Of a DNA stretch of 64,000 bases, positions 21,366 to 31,524 are shown in pieces; within the stretch, counting starts at the first letter, position 1; each line of letters opens with the position of its first letter. Origin of the DNA: Candidatus Cloacimonadota bacterium (GTDB taxonomy: Bacteria > Cloacimonadota > Cloacimonadia > G963667145); the NCBI GenBank assembly GCA_963676615.1, contig OY781092.1, forward strand, positions 896,001 through 960,000. Direction: 5' to 3'. The translations under genes were made by a program, and so were the position numbers. Under the pieces are notes generated by a model. The model saw only the letters and a program-made list of their open reading frames with translations. It was not told the DNA's origin and searched no databases.

Positions 21366-21976
21366 AATTGTCCTCCAATTCTCAAAAGCAAACTCATCAC
21401 AACCCCCGCGGCTATGGGCATCTTCAGGTTATCGTCGATTTTGGTTGGAATCAGCTCGGCGACACTCGCAGCAAACGCTCCAGAAGCGCAAACTGTCCAA
21501 AAACCACACAATCCGCCAGCCAAACTGCGACTAGCAAAAAAATAGGCAATCGCCAAACAACCAAAAAAGCACGCAAGCGAGCCTTCCAAACTTTTTTTGC
21601 CCAGTTTTATCCTGCCAAACTTTTTGCCAATCAAAGCCGCTAGCGAATCGCCAAGCGACAAAAAACTCAGCGACAAAAAAGCGACCTCTCCCGAAAAAAA
21701 AATCACGCAAACCAAACACGAAACCAAAAGATAAAAAGAGCCAGCCAGTCCGCCAGACTTCTCGTGATCACGCAAAATGTGCCCAAAAATATCGTCTAGC
21801 CACCTGCCAATTTTGCAATCTCTGCGCCGTAAAAATTCGTAACCAAAAAAAACGGCAAAAACAACCGCAATCCAAAACAAAGCGACTTTTTTATCGTAAT
21901 CCAGCCAATATTTATACCCAAACGGAATCAGCAACGAACTCAAATGTATAGACTTACGCAAAATTTCTTGCTTCAT
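21362..21976 (-). CDS. Dolichol/phytol kinase-like membrane protein
   Basis: RKSIH, GDSLAALIG, KSLEGS, IDDNL motifs; ATG at 21976 chosen to avoid overlap with secA. Confidence 0.82.
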   Translation of the reverse strand: MKQEILRKSIHLSSLLIPFGYKYWLDYDKKVALFWIAVVFAVFFGYEFLRRRDCKIGRWLDDIFGHILRDHEKSGGLAGSFYLLVSCLVCVIFFSGEVAFLSLSFLSLGDSLAALIGKKFGRIKLGKKSLEGSLACFFGCLAIAYFFASRSLAGGLCGFWTVCASGAFAASVAELIPTKIDDNLKMPIAAGVVMSLLLRIGGQF

Positions 21977-21980
21977 TTTT

Positions 21981-24900
21981 TTAGTCGTTCTTCCCGCAAC
22001 ATTTTTTGTATTTCTTCCCGCTGCCACAAGGACACGGGTCGTTTCGCCCAATTTTTTCCTCGTTCACCCGCTGCTTTGTTGCAGGCGCATCGCCGCCATT
22101 TGGGCTATAAGCCGAGCTGTTCGAGTGCGTCAGATTCAGATTTCCCTGCGCAGGCATCGCCGAATGTTGCCGCGCCACCACACGAAAGATAAACACCTTT
22201 TTGGCGACCGTCTCCGTGATATTCGCCAGCAGCTCCTCAAAAAGCTTGAAGCTCTCTTTTTTATACTCAATCAAAGGATCGCGCTGTCCATACGAGCGCA
22301 AGCCGATACCCTCTTTCAGCGAGTCCATCTCGTGCAGATGCTCACGATACAACTCGTCCACCGTCTCCAGCAAAACAAACCGTTCAATCTGCTCCACCAT
22401 CTGCTCGCCCATCTCCTGCACACGCTGCTCATACGCCGCCAAAACATCCGCCTGCAGCTTTTGTTCCACATCCTCCACCTCATAATCCGCCTGACTCAGC
22501 TTTAGATCCAGCTCTCGTTCAATCTTCGCCAGCAAACCATCGACATCGATTTTGCCATCGCTATGCGTGAACTCACCAACCGCATTATAGACAAAATCTT
22601 CGACAAACTCCAAAATCTCGGGGCGAACGCTCTTGCCCTCGAGCACCTTCTTGCGATAAGAGTAGATGATCTCGCGCTGACTGCTGCCCACTTGGTCATA
22701 CTCCAGCAAATTTTTCCGAATCTGGAAGTTATGCGACTCCACTCGCTTTTGAGCCTTCTCCACCGAACGATTCATCCACGGATGATAAATCGCCTCGCCA
22801 TCTCGAAGCCCCAGCCGTTTCATCATCGGCGCAATCCGATCCGAGCCAAAAAGCCGCATCAAATTATCCTCTAGCGACAGATAAAACCGCGAAGTTCCCG
22901 GGTCGCCCTGCCGTCCTGCACGACCTCGCAACTGGCGATCTATCCGCCGAGACTCGTGCCGCTCTGTGCCAATCACATGCAAACCGTCCATCATTTTGCC
23001 ATACGGAAAATCGTCGCTGATTTTTTTGCTAAACCCTTTGCGATAGCTTTCTTTGGGCATCGAAATCACGCCCTGACCGAGCTTGATATCCGTTCCACGA
23101 CCAGCCATGTTCGTGGCAATCGTCACCGCGCCTGGCTCTCCAGCCTTAGCGACAATCTCCGCCTCTTTCTGATTTTTCTTGGCGTTAAGCACATTATGCG
23201 GTATCTTGCGCCTTTTGAGCATCTTAGACAAAAGCTCCGAAACATCCACCGAAACAGTTCCGACCAAAACAGGCTTCTCCATCTTGTGCCAATAAACCAC
23301 CTCGTCGATCACCGCCTGAAACTTCTCGTTCTTCGTCAAATAAATCATATCGTCATAATCGACCCGCGTAATCGGCACATTCGTCGGCACCTCCAGCACC
23401 GGCAAATTATAAATCTCGCCAAACTCCTTCGCCTCTGTAACCGCCGTTCCAGTCATTCCCGAAATTTTATTATAAAGCCGAAAATAGTTCTGAATCGTCA
23501 CCGTTGCAAAAGTTTGCGACGCCTTCTCAATGCGCACACTCTCCTTCGCCTCAATCGCCTGATGAAGCCCCTCGGAAAACCGCCTGCCGGGCATCAAACG
23601 CCCAGTAAACTCATCCACAATCATCACCTTGCCGTCCTGCACCACATACTCCTCGTCCTTGTTGAAAAGCGCGTAGGCCTTGAGCAGCTGGTCGATATTG
23701 TGCAACTTCTCGTTCTTATCCAAAAACCGCTCCGAAATCTCCTCTTTGCGCTCGATTTTTTCCGCATCAGAAAGGCTACTATCGCCATCAACCTTCAGCA
23801 AAGCCTCATCCAGCGAATCCACCAAAAACAAATCGCTCTCCAACTCGCCAATCACCGCCTGCCCCTTCTCGCTCAAATGACAAGAATGACCTCGCTCATC
23901 CACCACAAAATAAAGCTGCTCATCAAACTCGTGCATCTTCTTATCCCGAATCGCCACATTCTCCGCATTCACCAGCGCCTGCTTAAACGCAGGATCTTTT
24001 TGCAACTTCAAAAACGCCTTCCGCTTGGGCAACGCCCTTTTTATCTTCAGCAAAATCCTGCCAACTTCCTCGCTCTGGCTACTCACATCAAGCCCATTCA
24101 CCTCTTTCAAAAACTCGCTCACCAAATCTCGCTGCAACCGAAAAAGACGCGAAATCGTCGGTTTAAACTCCGCAAAAAAGTTCTTACTCTCTGGCACAGG
24201 TCCGCTGATAATAAGCGGCGTGCGCGCCTCGTCAATCAAGACGCTATCTACCTCATCGATAATCGCATAGTTCAACTTTTTCTGCACCAGCTGGCTCTTG
24301 TCCACCGCCATATTATCCCGCAAATAATCGAAACCAAACTCGCTGTTCGTGCCATAAACCACATCGCAAGCGTAAATCTCCTGCTTATCCTGCGGCTCCA
24401 TCATATTTTGCAAACAACCAACCGAAAAACCGTGATACTCAAAAACTGGCGACATCCACTGCGAGTCCCGCTTCGCCAAATAATCGTTCACCGTCACCAA
24501 ATGCGCGCCATCTCCCGTCATCGCGTTCAAAAACAAAGGCAACACCGCCACCAGTGTCTTTCCCTCTCCCGTTGCCATCTCCGCAATCTCGCCGTCGTGC
24601 AACGCAATTCCGCCAATCAACTGCACATCAAAAGGCACCATATCCCACACCTGCTGATGCTCCACAACCTGATAACTATGCCCCTTGAGCCGCCGACAAG
24701 TCTCCTTCACAAAAGCAAAAACCTCTGGCAAATATCCGTCCAAAACCTTCTTCGTCTGCTGCTTTAGGCGCGTCTGCTGCCGATTTAGAGCGTCGTGTGT
24801 CGCATCCGTCTTCTTCTGCAAATATTCCTCTTCCAGCTCCGCCAAAAGCCCCTTTTCCGCCTCCAATCTCTTTTGAATATCGTCCTTAATCTTCTGCAAA

Positions 24901-25037
24901 TTCGCCCGAAAATCTTCGTCGGACAAACCCTGCAAAGAGCCATAAATCTCGTTTATTTTCTCCACAATGGGATAGATAGACTTAAGTTTTTTGGCAGACC
25001 TATCGCCAAAAACTTTTTCAATCATCGATTTTAACAT
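21981..25037 (-). CDS. secA: Preprotein translocase ATPase SecA
   Basis: EMATGEGKT, DEVDSVLIDEARTPLIISG, ATNMAGRGTDI, C-terminal GRNDPCPCGSGKKYKKCC. Confidence 0.99.
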   Translation of the reverse strand: MLKSMIEKVFGDRSAKKLKSIYPIVEKINEIYGSLQGLSDEDFRANLQKIKDDIQKRLEAEKGLLAELEEEYLQKKTDATHDALNRQQTRLKQQTKKVLDGYLPEVFAFVKETCRRLKGHSYQVVEHQQVWDMVPFDVQLIGGIALHDGEIAEMATGEGKTLVAVLPLFLNAMTGDGAHLVTVNDYLAKRDSQWMSPVFEYHGFSVGCLQNMMEPQDKQEIYACDVVYGTNSEFGFDYLRDNMAVDKSQLVQKKLNYAIIDEVDSVLIDEARTPLIISGPVPESKNFFAEFKPTISRLFRLQRDLVSEFLKEVNGLDVSSQSEEVGRILLKIKRALPKRKAFLKLQKDPAFKQALVNAENVAIRDKKMHEFDEQLYFVVDERGHSCHLSEKGQAVIGELESDLFLVDSLDEALLKVDGDSSLSDAEKIERKEEISERFLDKNEKLHNIDQLLKAYALFNKDEEYVVQDGKVMIVDEFTGRLMPGRRFSEGLHQAIEAKESVRIEKASQTFATVTIQNYFRLYNKISGMTGTAVTEAKEFGEIYNLPVLEVPTNVPITRVDYDDMIYLTKNEKFQAVIDEVVYWHKMEKPVLVGTVSVDVSELLSKMLKRRKIPHNVLNAKKNQKEAEIVAKAGEPGAVTIATNMAGRGTDIKLGQGVISMPKESYRKGFSKKISDDFPYGKMMDGLHVIGTERHESRRIDRQLRGRAGRQGDPGTSRFYLSLEDNLMRLFGSDRIAPMMKRLGLRDGEAIYHPWMNRSVEKAQKRVESHNFQIRKNLLEYDQVGSSQREIIYSYRKKVLEGKSVRPEILEFVEDFVYNAVGEFTHSDGKIDVDGLLAKIERELDLKLSQADYEVEDVEQKLQADVLAAYEQRVQEMGEQMVEQIERFVLLETVDELYREHLHEMDSLKEGIGLRSYGQRDPLIEYKKESFKLFEELLANITETVAKKVFIFRVVARQHSAMPAQGNLNLTHSNSSAYSPNGGDAPATKQRVNEEKIGRNDPCPCGSGKKYKKCCGKND

Positions 25038-25226
25038 ACAATTTCCCCTAATTTCATAGGGTAAGCTTGATTTAAAGGGCGCAAAGTCAAGAGTTTTTTT
25101 GGTTTAATTCTCATTTGAGTTTTGGGAAAATTTAGGTTAATTTACAGAAAAACTAAATCAACCTAAAAATTTAAGAAAAAAAAGAACAGACAAAAATCAT
25201 CTTCTCAAAATAAGATCCAGCAGCCC

Positions 25227-26135
25227 CTACTTCCCACGTACAAAAGACTGATTGTTGACTAGCGAAATCTCCAGCTCGCCCTCATCTTCCAGCCGAGCAA
25301 CCTCTTTGCCTACAAGGTGCAGATTCGCTCCCAAAATCTTGGCAAGCTCTTGGATTGTGCACGGTCGGCGCTTCACAGTCTGCTTAATCTGCTCGACCAA
25401 ATCGGCGTCCAAAAAATCGACCTCAGACGGCTTTTGCCCTCTGGTCGGCACATCGACAGGAGCGCCCCAATCCCACGAGGCTATCTCCAGCAGGCGCTCA
25501 TACTCCACAGGCTGCACCCAACTTTCCGTGCCCGGGCGATCCAGCGTATTCAGCTGCACCCTATCTGGCGCAATTTTTTTCACCGCTATCATAAGCTTCG
25601 CCAGCTCCGCATCGGTGTCGTTAACGCCAGCCGCCAAAAAAATTTCCAGCCACATTTGACCCAAAAAATCTTTCTGAAACTTCGCCAAATTCTCGACAAT
25701 TTCGCTGGCTAGAACGCCCTTTGCTGGTCTATTGATTTTCTGAAAAACATCCTGACTAACCGCATCCAACGACGGCACCAAAAGATCGACCCGCGGCTCC
25801 AGATACGACGACGAATTTGTAATCATACACAACTTGTATTGCGGATATTTCCGCTTCATAAAATCGGTGATTTTTTCCAGACAAGTGGACAAAGCTGGCT
25901 CGCCGTTCCCCGAAAAAGTCACATAATCGAGCTTCGGATTTTTTTGTAAATACGCATCAAGCTCCCGCAAAACCTCGTCCGTCGGCACCAGCTCCGCCCT
26001 TTTTGTGCTTAGGCAAGTGGTTTTTCCCGACTCGCAATACACGCAATCGAAACTGCAATATTTATAAGGGACAATGTCCACGCCGAGCGAAACTCCCAGT
26101 CGCCGCGACAAAATAGGACCAAAAAGATACTTCAT
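25227..26135 (-). CDS. Radical SAM protein (COG0731-like) with C-terminal wHTH-like segment
   Basis: FGPILSRRLGVSLG, CSFDCVYC, TFSGNGEP. Confidence 0.85.
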   Translation of the reverse strand: MKYLFGPILSRRLGVSLGVDIVPYKYCSFDCVYCESGKTTCLSTKRAELVPTDEVLRELDAYLQKNPKLDYVTFSGNGEPALSTCLEKITDFMKRKYPQYKLCMITNSSSYLEPRVDLLVPSLDAVSQDVFQKINRPAKGVLASEIVENLAKFQKDFLGQMWLEIFLAAGVNDTDAELAKLMIAVKKIAPDRVQLNTLDRPGTESWVQPVEYERLLEIASWDWGAPVDVPTRGQKPSEVDFLDADLVEQIKQTVKRRPCTIQELAKILGANLHLVGKEVARLEDEGELEISLVNNQSFVRGK

Positions 26136-26169
26136 CAGACAAAACTTTCGCTATTTTTGCTAAAAAAAA

Positions 26170-26451
26170 CTACCGCTTTACGGTCTTGGGGACGCTGAAA
26201 TAGACATCCGAATCTTCGGACTGCGCGTTCGCCAAAGCATCCTTGCGGCTAAGCGAACTCTCCAGTTTGTCGTCGCGCAAATCCGCATAGCCCAAAGCGA
26301 AATCGCTTGGCTGCTCGCCGCTGGGCTGCACTTTGGCGATAACTTTCACATGATTGACAATATCGCCAAAATCTTTGCTAAACTCCTTCAAATCGTCGAA
26401 ATCGATTTTGCAAAGCTCGGCAATCTTCTTAATCTCGTCCATTCCTACCAT
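26170..26451 (-). CDS. gatC: Asp/Glu-tRNA amidotransferase subunit C
   Basis: IKKIAEL, LRDD, ALANA, YFSVPK; 93 aa. Confidence 0.8.
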   Translation of the reverse strand: MVGMDEIKKIAELCKIDFDDLKEFSKDFGDIVNHVKVIAKVQPSGEQPSDFALGYADLRDDKLESSLSRKDALANAQSEDSDVYFSVPKTVKR

Positions 26452-26473
26452 TTTCTCGTCCTCTTTTTTTCCA

Positions 26474-27013
26474 TCAAGGATTCAACTTCACATTCATCGG
26501 ATTATCTTTGCTCAAAATATACTCGCCCACATAATCGACGCTGTCGGCAAGCCAAACCGCAATCTGCTGACTCTCCAGCTGTGATGCGCTCTCCTTTTCG
26601 GCTTGCGTATTTTTATTTTTCTCAAGTAAAGGATCGACCTGAAAATTGCGGTGAATGTAGCTCGTTGCAAAAATCATCAAGCCAATCACTACCAAAATCG
26701 GCAGACCATACAAAACCCACTTGGTTGACCAAAAACTTTTGGAATGGTCAAAATCGCCAAGAGTCCGCTTGATCTCGCGCGCCGTGCAATGATTTGCGTC
26801 GAAGGCGTCCAAAATCTTGTCGGTGTCCGCTCCGATGACCCTGGCATAAGTGTAAACGAAATTGCGTGCCAGCGTCCCTTTTTGGTAATAATCTGGGTCG
26901 TCAGACTCTATCAAAGCAAGAGTTTCCAAAGAGATCCGAGTCGCCAAAGCGACCTCCTCAAGGCTCTTTCCAACGGCCTTTCTATGCTGGACTAACAACT
27001 CTCCAACGCTCAC
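26474..27013 (-). CDS. RodZ-like HTH membrane protein (short)
   Basis: SLEEVA..TRI....L..IE, FVYTYARVIG HTH pattern followed by one TM helix. Confidence 0.7.
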   Translation of the reverse strand: MSVGELLVQHRKAVGKSLEEVALATRISLETLALIESDDPDYYQKGTLARNFVYTYARVIGADTDKILDAFDANHCTAREIKRTLGDFDHSKSFWSTKWVLYGLPILVVIGLMIFATSYIHRNFQVDPLLEKNKNTQAEKESASQLESQQIAVWLADSVDYVGEYILSKDNPMNVKLNP

Positions 27014-27142
27014 AGAATCTCCCTAAATTCAAAATCAAGATAAAAAAAAGGAGCAAAATCGATTAACTTTCTGCCAAAAAAATGTATCGCCTAAACCAAA
27101 AAGCTAACCAAACTTCAATCTCCTAAAAATTTTAAAAAAAAA

Positions 27143-27218
27143 TGGTGGACCCAAGTGGATTCGAACCACTGACCGTCCGGTTATGAGCCGGAAGCTCTAC
27201 CAACTGAGCTATAGGTCC
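27143..27218 (-). tRNA. tRNA with CAU anticodon, most likely tRNA-Ile2 (lysidine-modified)
   Basis: GGACCTATAGCTCAGTTGGTAGAGC...CTCATAACC...GGTTCGAATCC...GGTCCACCA; Ile2-like acceptor stem, no initiator features. Confidence 0.9.
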
Positions 27219-27344
27219 TTTTTGCGATGTTAACGCTATGCAAAGCAAAATTTTCCCCTGCAGGTGTCAAGGAAAAATCAGCAGCAATTTGAAATCGCAA
27301 AAATCGCAAAATTTCTGATAATTTCGCCAATTTTACAAAAAAAA

Positions 27345-28241
27345 TCAGCTCCGAAATAAATCTGTCGAGAGGTATCTGTCGCCGCGGTCGGTCAAGACTG
27401 TAACGATAGTCCCTTTTTGCAATTTTTCGGCTATCTGCACGGCTCCCAAAACATTCGCCCCCGAACTCATTCCCACAAAAAGCCCCTCGTCCCTAGCCAA
27501 ACGGCGTGTCATCGCAAAAGCCTGATGGCAGTAAACATTGCGCACTTCGTCGAGCTTCTTTGCGTCATAAATCTTCGGCTGCACAGACTCCACCATATTT
27601 TTCAACCCCTGCAAATTGTGCTTCAACTGCGGCTCCAGCCCCACAATTTTGATGTTTTCGTCTTTCTCTTTGAAAAAACTGCTGCAGCCCATCAAAGTCC
27701 CCGTTGAGCCCATTCCAGCGACAAAATAGTCGATATCGCCCTCCAGCTGCTCATAAATCTCGGGCGCCGTTCCCAGATAGTGCGACAGCGGATTTGCGGG
27801 ATTGCCAAACTGATTGGGATAAAAATATTTCTCCGGCTCTTTCTGCAAAATCTCTTGCAAAAGCTCAATCGCTCCGTCCGTGCCTTTATCTTTGGCGGAC
27901 AAAACCACATCGACTCCAAAACCTTGCAAAATCTGCACCCGCTCTTTGCTCACGGCGCTGCTCATCACGATTTTGCACTTATAGCCAAGATGCGAGGCAA
28001 GCATCGCCAAAGCCAAGCCCGTGTTGCCCGAAGTCGCTTCAATAATCGTCTTCTCTTTGCTCAGGCTCCCGTCTTTCAACCCTTTTCGGATCATCATCGC
28101 CGCGGGTCTATCTTTTATCGAACCGCCAGGATTCATAAACTCCAACTTGGCGTAAATCTTCACCGCAGAATTCGGCTCAAGATTTTTTAGCCGCAGCAAA
28201 GGCGTCTTGCCGATGCAATCCAGCAAACTAGCTATGCGCAT
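27345..28241 (-). CDS. cysM: Cysteine synthase (O-acetylserine sulfhydrylase, CysM/CysK family)
   Basis: KLEFMNPGGSIKDR, EATSGNTG, QFGNPAN, GMSSGA, DRGDRYLST. Confidence 0.88.
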   Translation of the reverse strand: MRIASLLDCIGKTPLLRLKNLEPNSAVKIYAKLEFMNPGGSIKDRPAAMMIRKGLKDGSLSKEKTIIEATSGNTGLALAMLASHLGYKCKIVMSSAVSKERVQILQGFGVDVVLSAKDKGTDGAIELLQEILQKEPEKYFYPNQFGNPANPLSHYLGTAPEIYEQLEGDIDYFVAGMGSTGTLMGCSSFFKEKDENIKIVGLEPQLKHNLQGLKNMVESVQPKIYDAKKLDEVRNVYCHQAFAMTRRLARDEGLFVGMSSGANVLGAVQIAEKLQKGTIVTVLTDRGDRYLSTDLFRS

Positions 28242-28644
28242 TGGCTTTGTAATCCTTTAATCCCGCAAAAGTTTTGCCGCTTTTTTGGCTATAATCCCAA
28301 ATCGCAGCCTTAATCGCATCTTCGGCGAGCACCGAACAGTGCACCTTTTCCGTGGGCAAACCGCCAAGAGCTTCCAGTGCGTCCTTATTTTTGAACTTCA
28401 GCGCCTGTTCAACGCTTTTGCCAATAAGCATCGTCGAAGCGATCGAAGACGACGCCACAGCCGCACCGCAGCCGTATGTCTGGAACTTCAAATCGGTGAT
28501 AATCTGATTCTCGTCCACCTTGATATAAATCTTCATCACATCGCCGCACTGAGCGCTGCCAATCTCGCCAACACCGTCGGCGTCCTCTATCTTCCCCACA
28601 TTTCGCGGATTTTGGAAATGGTCTAAAACTTTATCCGAATACAT
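28228..28644 (-). CDS. iscU: Fe-S cluster scaffold IscU/NifU-N
   Basis: YSDKVLDHFQNPRNVG, CGD, GCG, KVHCSVLA. Confidence 0.93.
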   Translation of the reverse strand: MYSDKVLDHFQNPRNVGKIEDADGVGEIGSAQCGDVMKIYIKVDENQIITDLKFQTYGCGAAVASSSIASTMLIGKSVEQALKFKNKDALEALGGLPTEKVHCSVLAEDAIKAAIWDYSQKSGKTFAGLKDYKANAHS

Positions 28645-28671
28645 CGTTTTCTCCTTAAAAAATTTTTGGCA

Positions 28672-29826
28672 TCAATCGCAAAGCGGCGACATCACTCGCA
28701 GCCTCTTGACGCTTTTTTTCAAAACTTCCACAACTTTATCCACCTCTTGCAAAGTGTTAAAATGCCCAACAGACAGCCGCAAAGAGCCGTGCGAGAGCAT
28801 ATCTGGCACACCCATTGCCGCAAGAACATGCGAGGCTCCCGCAGAGCCAGTCGTGCAAGCAGAGCCCGTCGAAGCGTAAATATTGGCAAAATTCAAGTCC
28901 AGAACAATCGCCTCTCCCTCGACAAACTCGAAGCAAAAACTGGCAATCCCGCTGTGTCTTTTTTGGGGATGCCCAGTGAGCACCACATTATCTATCTGAC
29001 TGGTCACCCGCGCGATAAGCTCGCTGCTAAGCTTTTGCAAATGCTCACAATGCGCCTTCTGATTTTTGCTCAAAAGCTCCACCGCCTTGGCAAATCCCAC
29101 AATTCCGGGAATGTTCTCCGTGCCAGCACGCTTTTTTCGCTCCTGCGCACCGCCGTCCATATACGGCAAAATATTCACCCGCTCATCGACAAACAGCGCT
29201 CCGACGCCTTTTGGACCATACACCTTGTGAGCCGAAAAACTCGCCAAATCGACGCCCAGCTTCTTCACATCAATCGGCAAAACGCCCAGAGCCTGCACCG
29301 CATCTGTATGCAAAAGCGCTCCCGCATTATGCGCAATCTTGGCAATCTGCTCAATCTCCTGCACCGTGCCGACCTCGTTGTTCACCATCATCACCGAAAC
29401 CAGCGTCGTCTGCGCGTCCACCTCCCGCTCAAGCTGCTCAAGATTTACCTGCCCGAACTCGTTCACATCCAGATACACCACCTGAAAACCCTCTGCCTGC
29501 AAAGCCTCGAACGAATGCAAAACGGCGTGATGCTCAATTTTGGTCGTAATCAACTTTTTCCCTTTAGCAGCAAGCCCCCGTGCCACGCTCTTAATCGCCC
29601 AATTATCGCTCTCTGTGCCGCCAGAAGTGAAAAAAAGCTCCTGAGGCTTTGCGCCAATAAACTCAGCCACAACCTTGCGAGCCTCCGCCAAAAGCGCCCC
29701 AGCGTCTGCCCCCAACTTATAATAGATGCTCGAGGCGTTCCCATAATTTTGCTCAAAACACGGAATCATCGCCTGCACGACCTCGCTCCGCACCCGCGTC
29801 GTAGCGGAATTATCCATATAAATCAT
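28672..29826 (-). CDS. iscS: Cysteine desulfurase IscS/NifS
   Basis: IYMDNSATT, FTSGGTE, SAHKVYGPKG, STGSACT. Confidence 0.95.
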   Translation of the reverse strand: MIYMDNSATTRVRSEVVQAMIPCFEQNYGNASSIYYKLGADAGALLAEARKVVAEFIGAKPQELFFTSGGTESDNWAIKSVARGLAAKGKKLITTKIEHHAVLHSFEALQAEGFQVVYLDVNEFGQVNLEQLEREVDAQTTLVSVMMVNNEVGTVQEIEQIAKIAHNAGALLHTDAVQALGVLPIDVKKLGVDLASFSAHKVYGPKGVGALFVDERVNILPYMDGGAQERKKRAGTENIPGIVGFAKAVELLSKNQKAHCEHLQKLSSELIARVTSQIDNVVLTGHPQKRHSGIASFCFEFVEGEAIVLDLNFANIYASTGSACTTGSAGASHVLAAMGVPDMLSHGSLRLSVGHFNTLQEVDKVVEVLKKSVKRLRVMSPLCD

Positions 29827-29838
29827 CGTCTCTCCTTG

Positions 29839-30234
29839 TCAATCTTCCAACAAATCTTGCAGCGTCGTGCTGTCGATTACATTTTTTATGCTCGCGTAAA
29901 TCTTGCGAAACGCCTTATTCGTCAGGCAATCCGTCTGCTTATCGCACTGCTGCCGCGCACCCACACACTCGATAGGAAACATATCGTCCTCCAGCGAGCG
30001 CAAAATCTCACCCACAGTAATCTCTTTTGCAGCTCTCGCCAACCGATACCCGCCGTATTTCCCCCGTTTGCTCTCCAAAATTCCAGACTTCTTCAGCTTT
30101 GCCGCCAACTGCTCCAGATAGCTCAGCGAAATCTCCTGCTGCTTTGCCACGGTCTGCAACGAAAGCGGCTCTTTGGAAGCGGCAATATGCGCCACAGCCC
30201 GCAAACCGTATCTGCTTTTGGTCGAAAAATTCAT
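29839..30234 (-). CDS. Rrf2-family regulator (IscR-like, three Cys)
   Basis: STKSRYGLR, SLSYLEQL, SKRGKYGGY, C-x6-C-x5-C. Confidence 0.9.
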   Translation of the reverse strand: MNFSTKSRYGLRAVAHIAASKEPLSLQTVAKQQEISLSYLEQLAAKLKKSGILESKRGKYGGYRLARAAKEITVGEILRSLEDDMFPIECVGARQQCDKQTDCLTNKAFRKIYASIKNVIDSTTLQDLLED

Positions 30235-30263
30235 CCGCTCTCCTTCAATTTTCTTCCAGTTTT

Positions 30264-30289
30264 AATTCCCACTATTTTTGTCAAGAATT
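30264..30289 (-). promoter_or_regulatory. Putative Rrf2/IscR type-1-like operator overlapping a TTGACA -35
   Basis: Minus strand AATTCTTGACAAAAATAGTGGGAATT, an imperfect palindrome about 30 nt upstream of the Rrf2 gene. Confidence 0.6.
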
Positions 30290-30334
30290 AACTTCACTTT
30301 TGACTTTCCAAAAAATTTCAAAAACTAAAAGAGC

Positions 30335-30362
30335 TTGACACAAAACTGCGCTATGCGATAAT
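30335..30362 (+). promoter_or_regulatory. Putative sigma70 promoter of the BMP gene
   Basis: TTGACA-N16-GATAAT with TG extended -10. Confidence 0.55.
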
Positions 30363-30430
30363 TCTTCTGTTTAGTCAGCGTCTAAATTCGCTGCAAAAAA
30401 ATCGTCATCCGAAATTTAAGGAGGGTAAAA

Positions 30431-31516
30431 ATGAAAAAATTGCTACTATTTTTGCTCATTTTGGCAGTCAGTGTTTTTGGTTGCAAACAGAAGAAGGAAA
30501 CCGAGAAAAAAGAGCTGAATGTGGGCATTATCTACAGCGGAACTATCAACGACGGCGGCTGGTCGGAGGCTCACGACCACGGAATCGAAAAAATCAGAGA
30601 TTTGCCTTATGTAAAAAAAATCTTGAAAAAAGAGGATGTTCCCGAAACTTCCGACGCTGCCAAAATCTTGACACAGATGATCAAACTGGGCAAATGCAAC
30701 CTGATTTATTCGATCTCATTCGGCTTTATGGATCAGACCCTAAAAGTCGCCAAGCAGTTTCCCGAAGTGACTTTTATGCAATGCGCTGGCTACAAAGTCC
30801 TGCCAAATATGGGCGACTATTTCGGCAGAATGTATCAGGCAAAATATCTGGCTGGAATGATTGCCGGACTGATGACCAAAACCGACAAAATCGGCTATGT
30901 CGTGCCGATCCCGATTCCCGAAGTTTACAGAATGGTGGACGCTTTTGCGCTGGGAGTGAAAGCCGTGAACAAAGCCGCAAAAGTTTATGTGATTTGGATT
31001 GGCGAATGGTATAACGCGCCCAAAGAGATGGACGCCGCCAAGTCGATGATTGAGCAAGGTTGCGATGTCATCAGCCAAGGTGGCGACTCGCCCGGACCGC
31101 AAAAAGCCGCCGAAGCCGCAGGAGTTTGGTGCATCGGGCACGACACCGATATGGCAAAATACGCTCCCAACTCTATCCTCACATCCGCCATCTGGCACTG
31201 GGGCAAGATGTATAAAGACATCACCCAAGCAGTTCACGACGGCACCTGGAAAGCCCAAGGTCCAGCCGAATATTGGCCAGGACTGAAAGACGGCGTCGTA
31301 GGACTTGCACCTTTCTCCAAAAATGTTCCCGAATCTGTTCGGCAAAAAGTGGAAGCCGTCAAGGAGAAGTTCCTCTACGACAACTTCGAGCCGTTCGTCG
31401 GACCGCTCTACGACCAAAACGGCAAACTGATGGTCAAAGAGGGCGAAAAAATGACCGCCGAAGAGCTTTTGCGCATCGACTGGATGCTGGACAACATCAA
31501 AGGAAACCTAAAATAA
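30431..31516 (+). CDS. BMP-family (purine nucleoside-binding type) lipoprotein
   Basis: Lipobox VFGC; DGGWSEAH, SFGFMD, YLAGMIAG, GCDVI; GAGG RBS. Confidence 0.9.
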   Translation: MKKLLLFLLILAVSVFGCKQKKETEKKELNVGIIYSGTINDGGWSEAHDHGIEKIRDLPYVKKILKKEDVPETSDAAKILTQMIKLGKCNLIYSISFGFMDQTLKVAKQFPEVTFMQCAGYKVLPNMGDYFGRMYQAKYLAGMIAGLMTKTDKIGYVVPIPIPEVYRMVDAFALGVKAVNKAAKVYVIWIGEWYNAPKEMDAAKSMIEQGCDVISQGGDSPGPQKAAEAAGVWCIGHDTDMAKYAPNSILTSAIWHWGKMYKDITQAVHDGTWKAQGPAEYWPGLKDGVVGLAPFSKNVPESVRQKVEAVKEKFLYDNFEPFVGPLYDQNGKLMVKEGEKMTAEELLRIDWMLDNIKGNLK

Positions 31517-31524
31517 TTTCCGAC

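Noticed and set aside
22956..24767. Long plus-strand ORFs opposite secA (similarly 28666-30291, 43216-44886, 46486-48027, 57527-59017)
   Set aside because: Antisense to well-supported genes, with the composition expected of reverse-complement codons.
27143..27218. Calling the CAU tRNA tRNA-Met
   Set aside because: It lacks the initiator C1:A72 mismatch and the three consecutive G-C pairs of the anticodon stem; the overall sequence resembles tRNA-Ile2.
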